Shown: positions 1 through 10,667, counted from the first letter of the stretch. The stretch is DNA of 32,000 nt from Desulfobulbus propionicus DSM 2032 (GCF_000186885.1 NC_014972.1:1920001-1952000); one strand, 5' to 3'. The notes: generated from the letters alone by a model not told the origin. Program-made: numbers and translations.

Positions 1-56
1 CTGCCCTCGTTTCCCTCAACATCCTCGGCACCCGCCGGGCCATTCCTTCTCGCGGC

Positions 57-1520
57 ATGACGGATGCGGTTGCCTGGGGATTGACCTCCTCGCTCTTTTT
101 GACCGATCTCGCCATCCGCGTCGGCTTCTCGCTGCGGGTGATCATGCGCAAGCGAGCCCCCAGCGTTTCCTTTGCCTGGCTGGCGGTCATTCTCCTCATC
201 CCCTTCGGCGGCGCCGTCACCTACCTGTTGTTTGGCGAGAACCGGCTCGGTGAACGGCGGGCCAGTCGCCTGCTCAAGGATCGGCAGGTCGTGCGCGAGT
301 GGTCCAGCGCCCTGCGGGAGCGGCCGACAATCGACTGGACCGGAATCAATCCGGAATGTTTGCCCCTGGACCGGCAGATCCTGGCCACCACCGGCATTCC
401 GACCATGCCCGGCAACCAGCTGGAACTGATCGACACCGCCGGCTGTTTTTTCTCCCAACTGATCGACGATATCCATCAGGCCCGCTTCTCCTGCTTGCTG
501 GAGTTTTACATCCTCCAACCGGGAGGCTGGGTGGATGCGCTGATCGAGGCGCTGCTGGCCGCGCGACAACGCGGCGTCACTTGCCGGCTGCTGCTCGACA
601 GTATTGGTTCCAAACCTTTTCTCCGCAGTGCGCAACTGGCTCGTCTGCGCGACGGCGGAGTCGAGGTGGCCGAGGCCCTGCCCGCCGGATTGATCCGAGC
701 CCTGTTTGTCCGCATTGACCTGCGCAATCACCGCAAGATCGCGGTGATCGACGGCGAAATCGCCTACACCGGCAGTCAGAATCTGGTCGATCCCCGTTTC
801 TTCAAACAAAACGACGGGGTTGGCGAATGGGTGGACGCCATGGTCCGGATCACCGGCCCGGTAGCGGAACTGCTGACGGCGGCCTTTATGTTTGATTGGC
901 TGCTCGAGCGCCGGCAATGCCTGAGCGAATACAGCGGAACCGCCGATATCCGCCCGGTTGAGCCGAGCGGACAGGCCCTGGTGCAACTGGCGCCTTCCGG
1001 GCCGGGATATGGCGAGGACACCATCCACAATCTGCTGCTCACCACCCTGTATGCGGCGCGGCGGGAGATCATTCTCACCACCCCCTATTTCGTGCCGGAC
1101 AATGCCATTTTGGCGGCGCTCAAATCGGCGGCGCAGCGGGGCGTTGCCGTGACCATCATTGTTCCGGCAAAAAATGACTCCCGCCTGGTGCAGTACGCCA
1201 GTCGGGCCCGCTACGATGCCCTGAGCCGGGCCGGCGTGCGAATCATGGCCTTTTCCGGCGGTCTGCTGCACACCAAGACCATCACCGTGGACGGCGATTT
1301 CTGCCTGTTTGGCTCGGTCAACCTCGACATGCGCAGTTTTTGGTTGAATTTTGAAATGACCCTGTTCATCTATGACAAGACATTCACCGCCAAGGTCCGC
1401 GCCTTGCAGCAGCAGTATCTTCGCGAGACCACCGAGCACGACGTCGAAATCTTTCAGGCCCGTTCCTTTGGCCAGCGATTGCTGGAAAACATCGCCCTGC
1501 TGGTGAGCCCGCTGCTCTGA
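57..1520 (+). CDS. cls: Phospholipase D-type cardiolipin synthase
   Basis: 487 aa; N-terminal hydrophobic segments; two HKD motifs (NHRKIAVIDGEIAYTGSQNLVDP and LHTKTITVDGDFCLFGSVNLDMRS). The reading frame stays open to the window edge, so the start is uncertain. Confidence 0.95.
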   Translation: MTDAVAWGLTSSLFLTDLAIRVGFSLRVIMRKRAPSVSFAWLAVILLIPFGGAVTYLLFGENRLGERRASRLLKDRQVVREWSSALRERPTIDWTGINPECLPLDRQILATTGIPTMPGNQLELIDTAGCFFSQLIDDIHQARFSCLLEFYILQPGGWVDALIEALLAARQRGVTCRLLLDSIGSKPFLRSAQLARLRDGGVEVAEALPAGLIRALFVRIDLRNHRKIAVIDGEIAYTGSQNLVDPRFFKQNDGVGEWVDAMVRITGPVAELLTAAFMFDWLLERRQCLSEYSGTADIRPVEPSGQALVQLAPSGPGYGEDTIHNLLLTTLYAARREIILTTPYFVPDNAILAALKSAAQRGVAVTIIVPAKNDSRLVQYASRARYDALSRAGVRIMAFSGGLLHTKTITVDGDFCLFGSVNLDMRSFWLNFEMTLFIYDKTFTAKVRALQQQYLRETTEHDVEIFQARSFGQRLLENIALLVSPLL

Positions 1521-1565
1521 TCCGGCCAATCAATCCATTTTCCCCCAATCGAGCCCTTTCTGCTT

Positions 1566-2285
1566 ATGAAAATCTTGCTGATCAGTGATATCCATGGCAA
1601 TTATCCGGCTCTCGAGGCGGTTGCTCGGGCAGCGACGCCGCTGGCCTGCGACCATGTGCTCAACTGCGGCGATTCGCTTGTCTATGCCCCCTTTGCCAAT
1701 GAAACCCTGGATTGGCTGCGCCGCCATCAAGTGTTTACCATCCGTGGCAATACCGACGATCGGGTGATCAAGCTGCTCAAGGGAAAGCAGTTCAAAAAGC
1801 CGTCCAAGGCCGAAAAACGGATCATGTACACCAGCACCGCGGCGGTGCTCTCCCCCGAGAACCAGACCTTTTTGCTGGAACTGAAAAAAAAGAAACTGCT
1901 GCGTCTCGGCCAAACCTTTATCGGCCTGTTTCACGGCAGCCCCGACGATCATGAGGAATTTCTCGGTGCCGACACGCCGGAAAAGCGCTTCAAGGAACTG
2001 GCCAAGGAAACCAACTGCGAGGTGGTCGTGACCGGCCATTCCCATTCCCCCTATCATCGCTACGTGAACGGGGTGCATTTCATCAATCCGGGTTCGGTGG
2101 GACGAATGTTTGACGGCTGTCCCGATGCCTCCTACGCCATTCTCGAGCTGGCCCATGGCCGGATATCGGTCCGCCATCATCGCTGTCCCTACGATGTCGA
2201 GGCCGTGGCCAAGGCTCTCCGCGACCACCAGTTGCCGCCCATCTACGAGGAGATGTTTCGCACCGGCCGCAAACTCGGTCTGTAG
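1566..2285 (+). CDS. YfcE/MJ0936-type metallophosphoesterase
   Basis: N-terminus MKILLISDIHGNYPALEAV, then NCGDSLVY, IRGNTD, FHGSPDD, VTGHSHSPY and FINPGSVG: calcineurin-like phosphoesterase motifs. Confidence 0.92.
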   Translation: MKILLISDIHGNYPALEAVARAATPLACDHVLNCGDSLVYAPFANETLDWLRRHQVFTIRGNTDDRVIKLLKGKQFKKPSKAEKRIMYTSTAAVLSPENQTFLLELKKKKLLRLGQTFIGLFHGSPDDHEEFLGADTPEKRFKELAKETNCEVVVTGHSHSPYHRYVNGVHFINPGSVGRMFDGCPDASYAILELAHGRISVRHHRCPYDVEAVAKALRDHQLPPIYEEMFRTGRKLGL

Positions 2286-2449
2286 CCTCGCACCCGTTGC
2301 GTGCCAAAACCGGCGTTCGGCGTATTCGGGAGACTCTCGCCCTCATGTGGGGGCAAGGATGAAAAACGCGGTGCGCACCCACGGGGAATCGGGTACATTC
2401 AACGCGTTGTTACCGTTCCTTTCTCAATTCTATCTATGCGGAGGACTCG

Positions 2450-2956
2450 ATGCGGCCGGATGAAATGCGGGAAAAAGCGATTGACCTGTTCTTGAAGCGA
2501 ATGCACTGCAGCCAGGTGCTGGCCATGGTCGGCCAGGAAAAACTGGGGTTGAACGACCCCTCGGTGATCAAGGCACTCGGAGCCTTTGGCGGCGGTATCG
2601 GCGGCACGGGCAACATCTGCGGCGCGCTGGTGGGCGCGGCCAGTGTGATTGGCAGCCTGTACAGCCGGAGCAACCTTGAGGAAAAGGAAAATCCCCGGAT
2701 GTGGAATGCCACCAAGCTGGTGATGAAACATTTCGAGGAACTGACCGCCCAGCACGGCGGCATCAACTGCTGTCAGATCGCCCGGGTCAATTGGATGGAT
2801 CGGGATCAGGTCAAGGACTTCTATGGCAACCCTGAGAGCCGCAGGCGGCATTGCATCGAGGTTGTTGGCGAGACCGCCAGAGCCCTGGGCGAACTTCTCG
2901 ATCAGGAAGCCGAACGCATGGCCGCGAAAGAAGCCGAAAAAAACGAAGCCAAATAA
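2450..2956 (+). CDS. C-GCAxxG-C-C family (putative redox) protein
   Basis: Cys pattern MHCSQVL...ALGAFGGGIGGTGNICGALVGAASVIG...GGINCCQIA...RRHCIEVV matches this family. Confidence 0.85.
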   Translation: MRPDEMREKAIDLFLKRMHCSQVLAMVGQEKLGLNDPSVIKALGAFGGGIGGTGNICGALVGAASVIGSLYSRSNLEEKENPRMWNATKLVMKHFEELTAQHGGINCCQIARVNWMDRDQVKDFYGNPESRRRHCIEVVGETARALGELLDQEAERMAAKEAEKNEAK

Positions 2957-2982
2957 CCCGGGCGCACCGCTGCGCTTGACCG

Positions 2983-3010
2983 AGGCAGTCTAAACCAGAC
3001 TGCCTTTTTT
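2983..3010 (+). terminator. Rho-independent terminator
   Basis: AGGCAGTCT-aaacc-AGACTGCCT followed by TTTTT: perfect 9-bp stem, 5-nt loop and T tract, 26 nt after the 2956 stop. Confidence 0.92.
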
Positions 3011-3022
3011 CATTGATCGCTG

Positions 3023-3895
3023 TTGGAGAATGCCATGGAGATGTTCAATTTTTCCGCCGACGAAATACGCCGACTCAACCGGGCATTGAGCTTTGTCGGC
3101 AAACGAGAGGCGCCGCTCGATCAGGTGGCGGCCCGTACCCTGATCGTCAAGACCGAGAATTTTAGCGACGAATGCGAACAGCTCGCTCCCTACTATGCCC
3201 CCCTTGGCCTGGAAAACCGGAGCGCCCGGTTGGTGTTCGCGCCCAAGGAAGGGCAGCATAAGATTCTGCTCAACAAGGAGACGGTGGCTGGCCTTTCCTA
3301 CATCCACTCCCTGGTGACCGAAATGGTCCACCTGGGCAACCTCAGCCGGTATGCCGCCGATCACGGCAACGTTTACCGCCTGGAACCGTCGCAGGCCATT
3401 GCCGATTACTACTACGAGTTTCTGCTGTGGACCAAATTTCAGGCCATGAAAATCGCCACCCGCTGCCATGCGCTGGTCTGCTGGCACGAGGTCAACGGCG
3501 AGACGCCGCCTGCAGATGGTCGATACCAGTTTGCCCAGGTCGATTTTCCCCGTGACGCGCTCAAGGCCGGCTTGCGGCAATTGGCCGACGCCGGCGATAT
3601 CGCCACCTGGCGCGAAGGGTTCTGGGATGCGCTTGAGGAATTGTCCCTCTACTTCGGCCGACTGGCCTTTTACCAGCTCACCGCCCAGCCCGAAAAGGTG
3701 GACGAACGATTCCCGGCCCCGGCCATCGAGGCAACCCTGGGGCTGGAGAACTGTCTGGCCCTCTACGCTTGTCTGCATCGGGCGCGGGAGTATAAGTCCT
3801 GGCTTGAGGAGAGACGCAACCTTCGCGCCGCCATTGTCGCCATGGAGGGACGAGGAAAACAGCGGTTTCAGGAAGAAGGGGAACCGATTCCTTGA
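3023..3895 (+). CDS. Conserved hypothetical protein
   Basis: 290 aa with protein-like composition; preferred over the 396-aa antisense ORF at 2990-4180, which has a Ser/Arg/Pro-rich shadow composition. Confidence 0.75.
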   Translation: MENAMEMFNFSADEIRRLNRALSFVGKREAPLDQVAARTLIVKTENFSDECEQLAPYYAPLGLENRSARLVFAPKEGQHKILLNKETVAGLSYIHSLVTEMVHLGNLSRYAADHGNVYRLEPSQAIADYYYEFLLWTKFQAMKIATRCHALVCWHEVNGETPPADGRYQFAQVDFPRDALKAGLRQLADAGDIATWREGFWDALEELSLYFGRLAFYQLTAQPEKVDERFPAPAIEATLGLENCLALYACLHRAREYKSWLEERRNLRAAIVAMEGRGKQRFQEEGEPIP

Positions 3896-3938
3896 CTTGA
3901 CAGGGCAAACGCGCCGGAATTGCCTGCTGCCAGACCAT

Positions 3939-4394
3939 TCAGAAAATGCCCAGGGCAACTCCTGCCGCCAGGGTGTGGCCGAGCTCTTCAATTGCCAAAA
4001 AATCGGCCTCGGTGGGACGGCCGGCGATCCTGATGTGTTCCAGCGCTTTTCTCCATTTGTAGCCCGCAACGATTCGCTCGATCTGACTGATGGCTCCCCG
4101 GCCGTCATTGCCCGCGCAGACAAAGAGGACAAACGGCAAGCCAATGGTTTGATCCTGAGCGGCTTGAAAGGTGCGGTCAAAAAAATCCTTGATCATCCCG
4201 GCCATGGTCCCAAAATATTCCGGAGACCCGATGGCGATGGCATCGCACCGCAACAAGTCGTCGAGGGTGGCGTCTTGCGCCCGTTTCAGACTGACGACAA
4301 CCTCCTCTTCCCGAGCCGCCCCCCGCGCGAAACGATGGGCCATGCCATCCATGGTCCCGCCCTGGGAGTGGTAGAGCACCAAAATGGTTTTCAT
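3939..4394 (-). CDS. Flavodoxin family / NAD(P)H-dependent reductase-like protein
   Basis: MKTILVLYHSQGGTMDGMAHRFARGA (phosphate-binding loop), AIAIGSPEYFGTMAGMIKDFFDR, PFVLFVCAGNDGRGA. Confidence 0.88.
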   Translation of the reverse strand: MKTILVLYHSQGGTMDGMAHRFARGAAREEEVVVSLKRAQDATLDDLLRCDAIAIGSPEYFGTMAGMIKDFFDRTFQAAQDQTIGLPFVLFVCAGNDGRGAISQIERIVAGYKWRKALEHIRIAGRPTEADFLAIEELGHTLAAGVALGIF

Positions 4395-4485
4395 GATCTT
4401 CCCCCGGCCCTGTTGTCAGACTGTTCCCGAACCGGTTTGTTCTCCATCCTGTCAGACAGTGATTGTTCGGCGACCGCCGAACCCG

Positions 4486-4490
4486 CTAGA
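4486..4490. repeat. Left target-site duplication CTAGA
   Basis: CTAGA directly outside IRL; identical to 13744-13748 directly outside IRR. Confidence 0.93.
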
Positions 4491-4528
4491 GGGGTATGAA
4501 GTCCAACGGAACGAAAACGTACGCTAAG
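4491..4528 (+). repeat. Left terminal inverted repeat (IRL)
   Basis: GGGGTATGAAGTCCAACGGAACGAAAACGTACGCTAAG. Confidence 0.97.
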
Positions 4529-4596
4529 AATTCAATGGAGATGTTTCGATATCTAAAATCAGCAATTGAATCGAGAAACTGACTCTATCCTGCTAG

Positions 4597-4914
4597 TTAT
4601 AGGTCTCCTGTCATGCCAAATTCAATTGCCGTTTTAACAAAAAAAACGTTCACGTCTTCCTCCTTGATCCGTGCAAACAACCGTTCGGCATCCGCCTCGC
4701 TTACCGCCATGGTTACTTGCAGGGGTTGATCCGTCAGCTCAAAAAAATGCACAGAGCGTAATTTTCGATCATGGCCGTACCCCTCGGCAGCCTGGGTCAA
4801 CGTTGCGCCGCCAATTCCTATTGATCTAGCCTCCTCCACTAACCATTTCGCTACCGGTCGGCCTTTATGATTTCGATCCTGTTGCGTAAAAAATGTCAGT
4901 TGATATCCAAGCAT
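4597..4914 (-). CDS. DUF190 domain-containing protein
   Basis: 105 aa; small GlnB-like DUF190 pattern (GYQLTFFTQQDRNHKGRPVAKWLVEEARSIGIGGATLTQAAEGYGHDRKLRS...); adjacent to crcB, a common pairing. Confidence 0.85.
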   Translation of the reverse strand: MLGYQLTFFTQQDRNHKGRPVAKWLVEEARSIGIGGATLTQAAEGYGHDRKLRSVHFFELTDQPLQVTMAVSEADAERLFARIKEEDVNVFFVKTAIEFGMTGDL

Positions 4915-4929
4915 ATTTGCCTCGTTCTT

Positions 4930-5310
4930 TCAGCTTCTGAAGGCTGCAATCGTTGCCATACCCAAAATGGTCATGGAGAGCGACCCTATGACATGTATTG
5001 AAATCGCGATTCCGGCCCAAAGGAAACGCCCTTGTTGCAACAAGGTGGTTACTTCGGCGGAAAAGGTGGAAAACGTGGTCAGTCCACCAAGAAAACCGGT
5101 AATAACCATCAAGCGCCATTCCGGAGACAACTGGGGCACTGCCGCAAAGACCGCCAAGGCCACCCCGATCAAATAGCCGCCAAGTAAATTGGCGGCTAGG
5201 GTACCTGGCGGAACAAAGGGAAAAATAGTGTTCAGAGTGCGACCAAGCAGCCACCGCAACACCGCTCCAACTGAGGCGCCTACACTGATTGCAAGTATTG
5301 AGTTGAGCAT
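4930..5310 (-). CDS. crcB: CrcB/Fluc fluoride channel
   Basis: [52 protein letters not shown]: diagnostic CrcB motifs. Confidence 0.95.
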   Translation of the reverse strand: MLNSILAISVGASVGAVLRWLLGRTLNTIFPFVPPGTLAANLLGGYLIGVALAVFAAVPQLSPEWRLMVITGFLGGLTTFSTFSAEVTTLLQQGRFLWAGIAISIHVIGSLSMTILGMATIAAFRS

Positions 5311-5319
5311 AATATTTTT

Positions 5320-6318
5320 TTACGAACAGGCTCCAGCGATAGCAACCGCAACCGCAACAGATGCGCCCACCATGGGATTGTTGCCCATGCCAAGGAAGCC
5401 CATCATTTCAACATGAGCTGGAACTGAGGATGACCCGGCAAATTGCGCATCGGAATGCATTCTGCCCATAGTATCGGTCATTCCGTAGGAAGCCGGTCCG
5501 GCGGCCATGTTGTCGGGGTGCAGGGTGCGGCCGGTGCCGCCGCCAGAAGCCACGGAGAAATACTTCTTGCCCTGTTCAAGACATTCTTTCTTGTACGTCC
5601 CGGCCACTGGATGCTGAAAGCGGGTCGGATTGGTCGAATTACCGGTGATGGACACATCCACCCCTTCAAAGTGGTTGATGGCAACCCCTTCACGAACATC
5701 ATCAGCGCCAAAGCAGCGCACCTTGCCTCGCTCGCCTGTGGAATAGGCAAGCTCGCGGACAACGCTCAGGGTGTCAGCGGCGTAATCGAACTGGGTCTGC
5801 ACATAGGTGAAGCCGTTGATCCGGGAGATGATCTGGGCCGCATCCTTACCCAAACCATTGAGGATCACCCGCAGCGGTTCAGTGCGAGCCTTGTTGGCCG
5901 AACGGGCCAAACCGATCGCGCCCTCGGCGGCGGCAAAAGATTCATGACCAGCGAGGAAGGCAAAACATTTGGTTTCTTCGGAAAGGAGCATGGAGGCCAG
6001 ATTGCCATGGCCGATGCCCACCTTGCGATCCTCGGCCACCGAGCCGGGGATACAGAAGGCCTGCAAACCCTCGCCCAGGGTGCGGGCTATATCCACCGCC
6101 TTGCTTTCCCCTTTTTTGAGGGCAATGGCCGCGCCTAGGGTGTAAGCCCAACAGGCGTTGTCGAAACAGATTGGCTGGATGTTTTTGACGATGGCTGGAA
6201 CATCGACCCCTATGGCCACGCTCATGGCTTTGGCCTCCTCCAGCGAGGCAATACCCCATTGAGCTAGCACCGTGTTGATCTTCTCAATTCTGCGTTCATA
6301 TCCTTCAAAAAAAACCAT
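5320..6318 (-). CDS. GGGtGRT protein
   Basis: 332 aa containing the signature VASGGGTGRTLHPDNMAAGPASYGMTDTMGRMHSDAQFAGSSSVPAHVEMMGFLGMGNNPMVGASVAVAVA. Confidence 0.92.
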   Translation of the reverse strand: MVFFEGYERRIEKINTVLAQWGIASLEEAKAMSVAIGVDVPAIVKNIQPICFDNACWAYTLGAAIALKKGESKAVDIARTLGEGLQAFCIPGSVAEDRKVGIGHGNLASMLLSEETKCFAFLAGHESFAAAEGAIGLARSANKARTEPLRVILNGLGKDAAQIISRINGFTYVQTQFDYAADTLSVVRELAYSTGERGKVRCFGADDVREGVAINHFEGVDVSITGNSTNPTRFQHPVAGTYKKECLEQGKKYFSVASGGGTGRTLHPDNMAAGPASYGMTDTMGRMHSDAQFAGSSSVPAHVEMMGFLGMGNNPMVGASVAVAVAIAGACS

Positions 6319-6329
6319 GATCCGCCTCC

Positions 6330-7019
6330 TTATTCGTGCCGGGGATTGATGGTTCGTACCGCCTCGGAGAAGCGGCCGTAGCTGCCGGTGGCCCTGGTGA
6401 GGGCTTCGTCGGCGCCGGTACCCCGATGAATCATCTCCATCATCTTGCCGAGATGGACAAACTCATAGCCGATCACTTCGTCGTTGGCATCGAGGCCGAG
6501 CCGGGTCACATATCCTTCAGCCATATCGAGGTAGCGCACCCCCTTGGCCTTGGTGCCATACATAGTGCCCACCTGGCTGCGCAGCCCCTTGCCCAGGTCC
6601 TCCAGACCGGCGCCGATGGGCAGGCCACCCTCGGAAAAGGCTGTCTGCGAGCGGCCATAGACGATCTGGAGAAAGAGTTCACGCATGGCGGTGTTGATAG
6701 CATCGCAGACCAGATCGGTGTTGAGAGCTTCGAGGATGGTCTTGCCCGGCAGGATCTCGGCCGCCATGGCCGCCGAGTGAGTCATGCCCGAACAGCCGAT
6801 CACCTCGACCAGGGCCTCCTCGATAATGCCCTCCTTGACGTTGAGGGTGAGTTTGCAGGCGCCCTGCTGGGGGGCACACCAGCCGACCCCGTGGGTCAGA
6901 CCGGCGATATCTTTAATCTCTTTGGCCTGGGTCCATCGGCCTTCCTGGGGGATGGCCGCGGGACCGTGATTGGGTCCTTTGGCCACGCAGGTCATCTGTG
7001 CCACTTCTGAAGAGTACAT
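6330..7019 (-). CDS. NifU/IscU-like iron-sulfur cluster assembly scaffold family protein
   Basis: 229 aa; VIGCSGMTHSAAMAAEILPGKTILEALNTDLVCDAINTAMRELFLQIVYGRSQTAFSEGG, in the typical pairing with a GGGtGRT gene. Confidence 0.82.
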   Translation of the reverse strand: MYSSEVAQMTCVAKGPNHGPAAIPQEGRWTQAKEIKDIAGLTHGVGWCAPQQGACKLTLNVKEGIIEEALVEVIGCSGMTHSAAMAAEILPGKTILEALNTDLVCDAINTAMRELFLQIVYGRSQTAFSEGGLPIGAGLEDLGKGLRSQVGTMYGTKAKGVRYLDMAEGYVTRLGLDANDEVIGYEFVHLGKMMEMIHRGTGADEALTRATGSYGRFSEAVRTINPRHE

Positions 7020-7064
7020 GCCTGTCTCCTTTTGTTGTGAATGAGCAGGTTGTTGCCACCTGCT

Positions 7065-8348
7065 TCATGATTGTTGTGCACCGCCTGCCTGTCGTAAAAC
7101 AAGGGTGCCGGCCAGCATCAGCACAGCTGCCAGGCCAAAGCTGAACACCGGCGATATTGCCGTCCACAGGACGCCGACCACGGTGCTGGAGATAAATTTG
7201 GCAGTGCCGTTGACTGTGCCCAATGCACCCACTGCGGTAGCGAGCAGTTCCTGGCTGACCATTTCGGCGGTCACCGTCGATTCCAGAGCTTCCTGCACCG
7301 CCATATACAAACCAGCAACCAGGAAAATCACTCCCAAGAAGACGATACTGTCGATGCGAAGGGCAAAAGCGGCAGCAGTCAAGATGGCAGTGAGCACACC
7401 TAGCACATATCCGGCGATCAGGGTCGGCATGTGGCCAAAACGGTCGGCAAGGACACCGATGGGAAAGGAGACGACTACCTGGACCACATTGCGCCAAACG
7501 TAGAGAAGACCAGCAACCTGCGCCGCATGAACCACACCCATAGTTTCGGTCAACAGTTGGGTAGCCGCCAGGATCAGCAGGCTATGGGAAAAATCGCCGA
7601 TACCAAAAATACCAACCGCCGCTAAATAGCGCTTGAACCGCAGCGGCAACCCGCGCAGGGTATGAAAAAACCGCAACGCCGGGTTGGGAGAGTGTTCAGG
7701 ATCTCGCACCAGGGTGAAAAATGCGACTACAGCCAGAACACCAGGGATAACCGAGAGCCACAACACAACACGGAAGGCAAACGATCCGTCATGCCCATTC
7801 CATCCTTGAACCCATCCCAGTAGAGCAACGCCCAGCAGGGGACCGAGCACAGCGCCAATGGTATCGGTGGCCCGATGAAAACCAAAAGCCCGACCACGGG
7901 TTTCCGGCTGCACCGCCTGCATGACAATGGCATCGCGGAGTGGGCCACGCAATCCCTTGCCAAACCAGGAGATGATCCTGCCCCAGAGGATAAGGGGCCA
8001 ACCGGCGGCCAAGGCGATCAGAAACTGGCCAATCGGGGTCAGGCCGTAGCCAATCACAACTAGCAACTTGCGGTGCCCGAGTTTGTCGGCAATGAAGCCG
8101 GAGATCATCTTGGTGAAGCTGGCCACGGCATCGGCAATGCCCTCGATCGTCCCCAGAACAGCCGGTGGCAGGCCAAGGACCGCCAGGAACCCCGGCAGGA
8201 TGACCGTGGTGGTTTCATAGCAGAAATCACCCAATGCACTGGTGATGCCAGCACCTATTACGGTGCGATTAAGCCAGCCCTGCGGCTGACCTTGAGATTC
8301 GGTTGGTGCATCCTGGGTATCGATAGATTTTTGCATGGTTTTCCCCAA
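7065..8348 (-). CDS. Major facilitator superfamily transporter
   Basis: 427 aa, polytopic; GFIADKLGHRKLLVVIGYGLTPIGQ and FGKGLRGPLRDAIVMQAVQPETRGRAFGFHRATDTIGAVLGP (MFS loop motifs). Confidence 0.92.
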   Translation of the reverse strand: MGKTMQKSIDTQDAPTESQGQPQGWLNRTVIGAGITSALGDFCYETTTVILPGFLAVLGLPPAVLGTIEGIADAVASFTKMISGFIADKLGHRKLLVVIGYGLTPIGQFLIALAAGWPLILWGRIISWFGKGLRGPLRDAIVMQAVQPETRGRAFGFHRATDTIGAVLGPLLGVALLGWVQGWNGHDGSFAFRVVLWLSVIPGVLAVVAFFTLVRDPEHSPNPALRFFHTLRGLPLRFKRYLAAVGIFGIGDFSHSLLILAATQLLTETMGVVHAAQVAGLLYVWRNVVQVVVSFPIGVLADRFGHMPTLIAGYVLGVLTAILTAAAFALRIDSIVFLGVIFLVAGLYMAVQEALESTVTAEMVSQELLATAVGALGTVNGTAKFISSTVVGVLWTAISPVFSFGLAAVLMLAGTLVLRQAGGAQQS

Positions 8349-8356
8349 ACATTGCC

Positions 8357-8899
8357 TTAACGATTTTCATCCTGCACTTCGAATACCCGCTGCGCATAGG
8401 CATCCAGCAGGGATTCACAGTCTGCCAACCGTTTCTGGGCCTCTTCGGCGAGATTGGTTCCGTAGAAGTCGAGCTTGCGGATTTTTTCCAGCCAGGAGTG
8501 GAGTTTTTTCAGGTCGACGTCGTTTTCTTCCAACTCAGCGTAGGTAAAGTGGCTGGCGGCGGTTTCCTTGGCGATTTCTGCTTCGAAATCTTTACATTTA
8601 TCAAGGAACTCTTTGTATTCTTCGTCACGGTCTGCCTTGAATCGTGCTACCACTTTGTTTTCCTGAGCCTTGTCTAGGGCCACAGCTTCCAGAATCACTG
8701 CGTCGCCACCCATTTCAATGATCTCATTCTCCAGTATCTTCAATCGTCGGGTGTAGTCATCGGTTTTTGGGAGTAAACAAACACCGTTCTGCAGATAAAC
8801 AGCTCCCATCCCTTTCAGCTTTCGCCAAAGGGAAATACGCTTCTTTGCCGGCTCCGGTGGTACTTTATACGTCAGCAACAACCAATTTTGTGTCTCCAT
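8357..8899 (-). CDS. ChrB N-terminal domain-like protein (candidate cargo regulator)
   Basis: METQNWLLLTYKVPPEPAKKRISLWRKLKGMGAVYLQNGVCLLPKTDD resembles ChrB N-terminal proteins. The ORF caller extends to 9001 from a TTG codon; the ATG at 8899 aligns better. Confidence 0.78.
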   Translation of the reverse strand: METQNWLLLTYKVPPEPAKKRISLWRKLKGMGAVYLQNGVCLLPKTDDYTRRLKILENEIIEMGGDAVILEAVALDKAQENKVVARFKADRDEEYKEFLDKCKDFEAEIAKETAASHFTYAELEENDVDLKKLHSWLEKIRKLDFYGTNLAEEAQKRLADCESLLDAYAQRVFEVQDENR

Positions 8900-9041
8900 G
8901 CGTCTCAGATTCTTTTTTCGCTTTGCGAGCCTTTTATGGAACAGTACCCGATCAATCGCATCCACACTGTTGGACAGAAACACATCGATCCTAACCGTCA
9001 AGATAGGGTTATCAGTTTCAGGGATTTCTTATCACGTGCTT

Positions 9042-9070
9042 ATTACAATGTAACGGTCGTTACAATTCAA
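9042..9070 (-). promoter_or_regulatory. Putative sigma-70 promoter with operator dyad in the spacer
   Basis: On the minus strand TTGAAT (9070-9065), 17-nt spacer, TGTAAT (9047-9042). The spacer contains the dyad TGTAACG-GT-CGTTACA (plus strand 9049-9064). It lies upstream of the ChrB-like gene that heads the cargo operon. Confidence 0.6.
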
Positions 9071-9102
9071 CAGAAATAATAAGGGTTGAGGCTGCGAGAT
9101 AG

Positions 9103-10667
<1,565 letters not shown>

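Noticed and set aside
1530-2228. 232-aa minus-strand ORF
   Set aside because: Antisense to the metallophosphoesterase with clear catalytic motifs.
2990-4180. 396-aa minus-strand ORF
   Set aside because: Overlaps the more protein-like 3023-3895 plus-strand ORF and the flavodoxin-like gene; its composition is shadow-like.
4465-4482. Intrinsic terminator after the selenoprotein gene
   Set aside because: A perfect hairpin, but with no T tract on either strand.
3468-4499. 343-aa plus-strand ORF
   Set aside because: Overlaps 3023-3895 out of frame and is antisense to the flavodoxin-like gene; it also crosses the transposon boundary.
6336-7010. 224-aa plus-strand ORF
   Set aside because: Almost exact antisense of the NifU-like gene; the sense strand has the recognisable family sequence.
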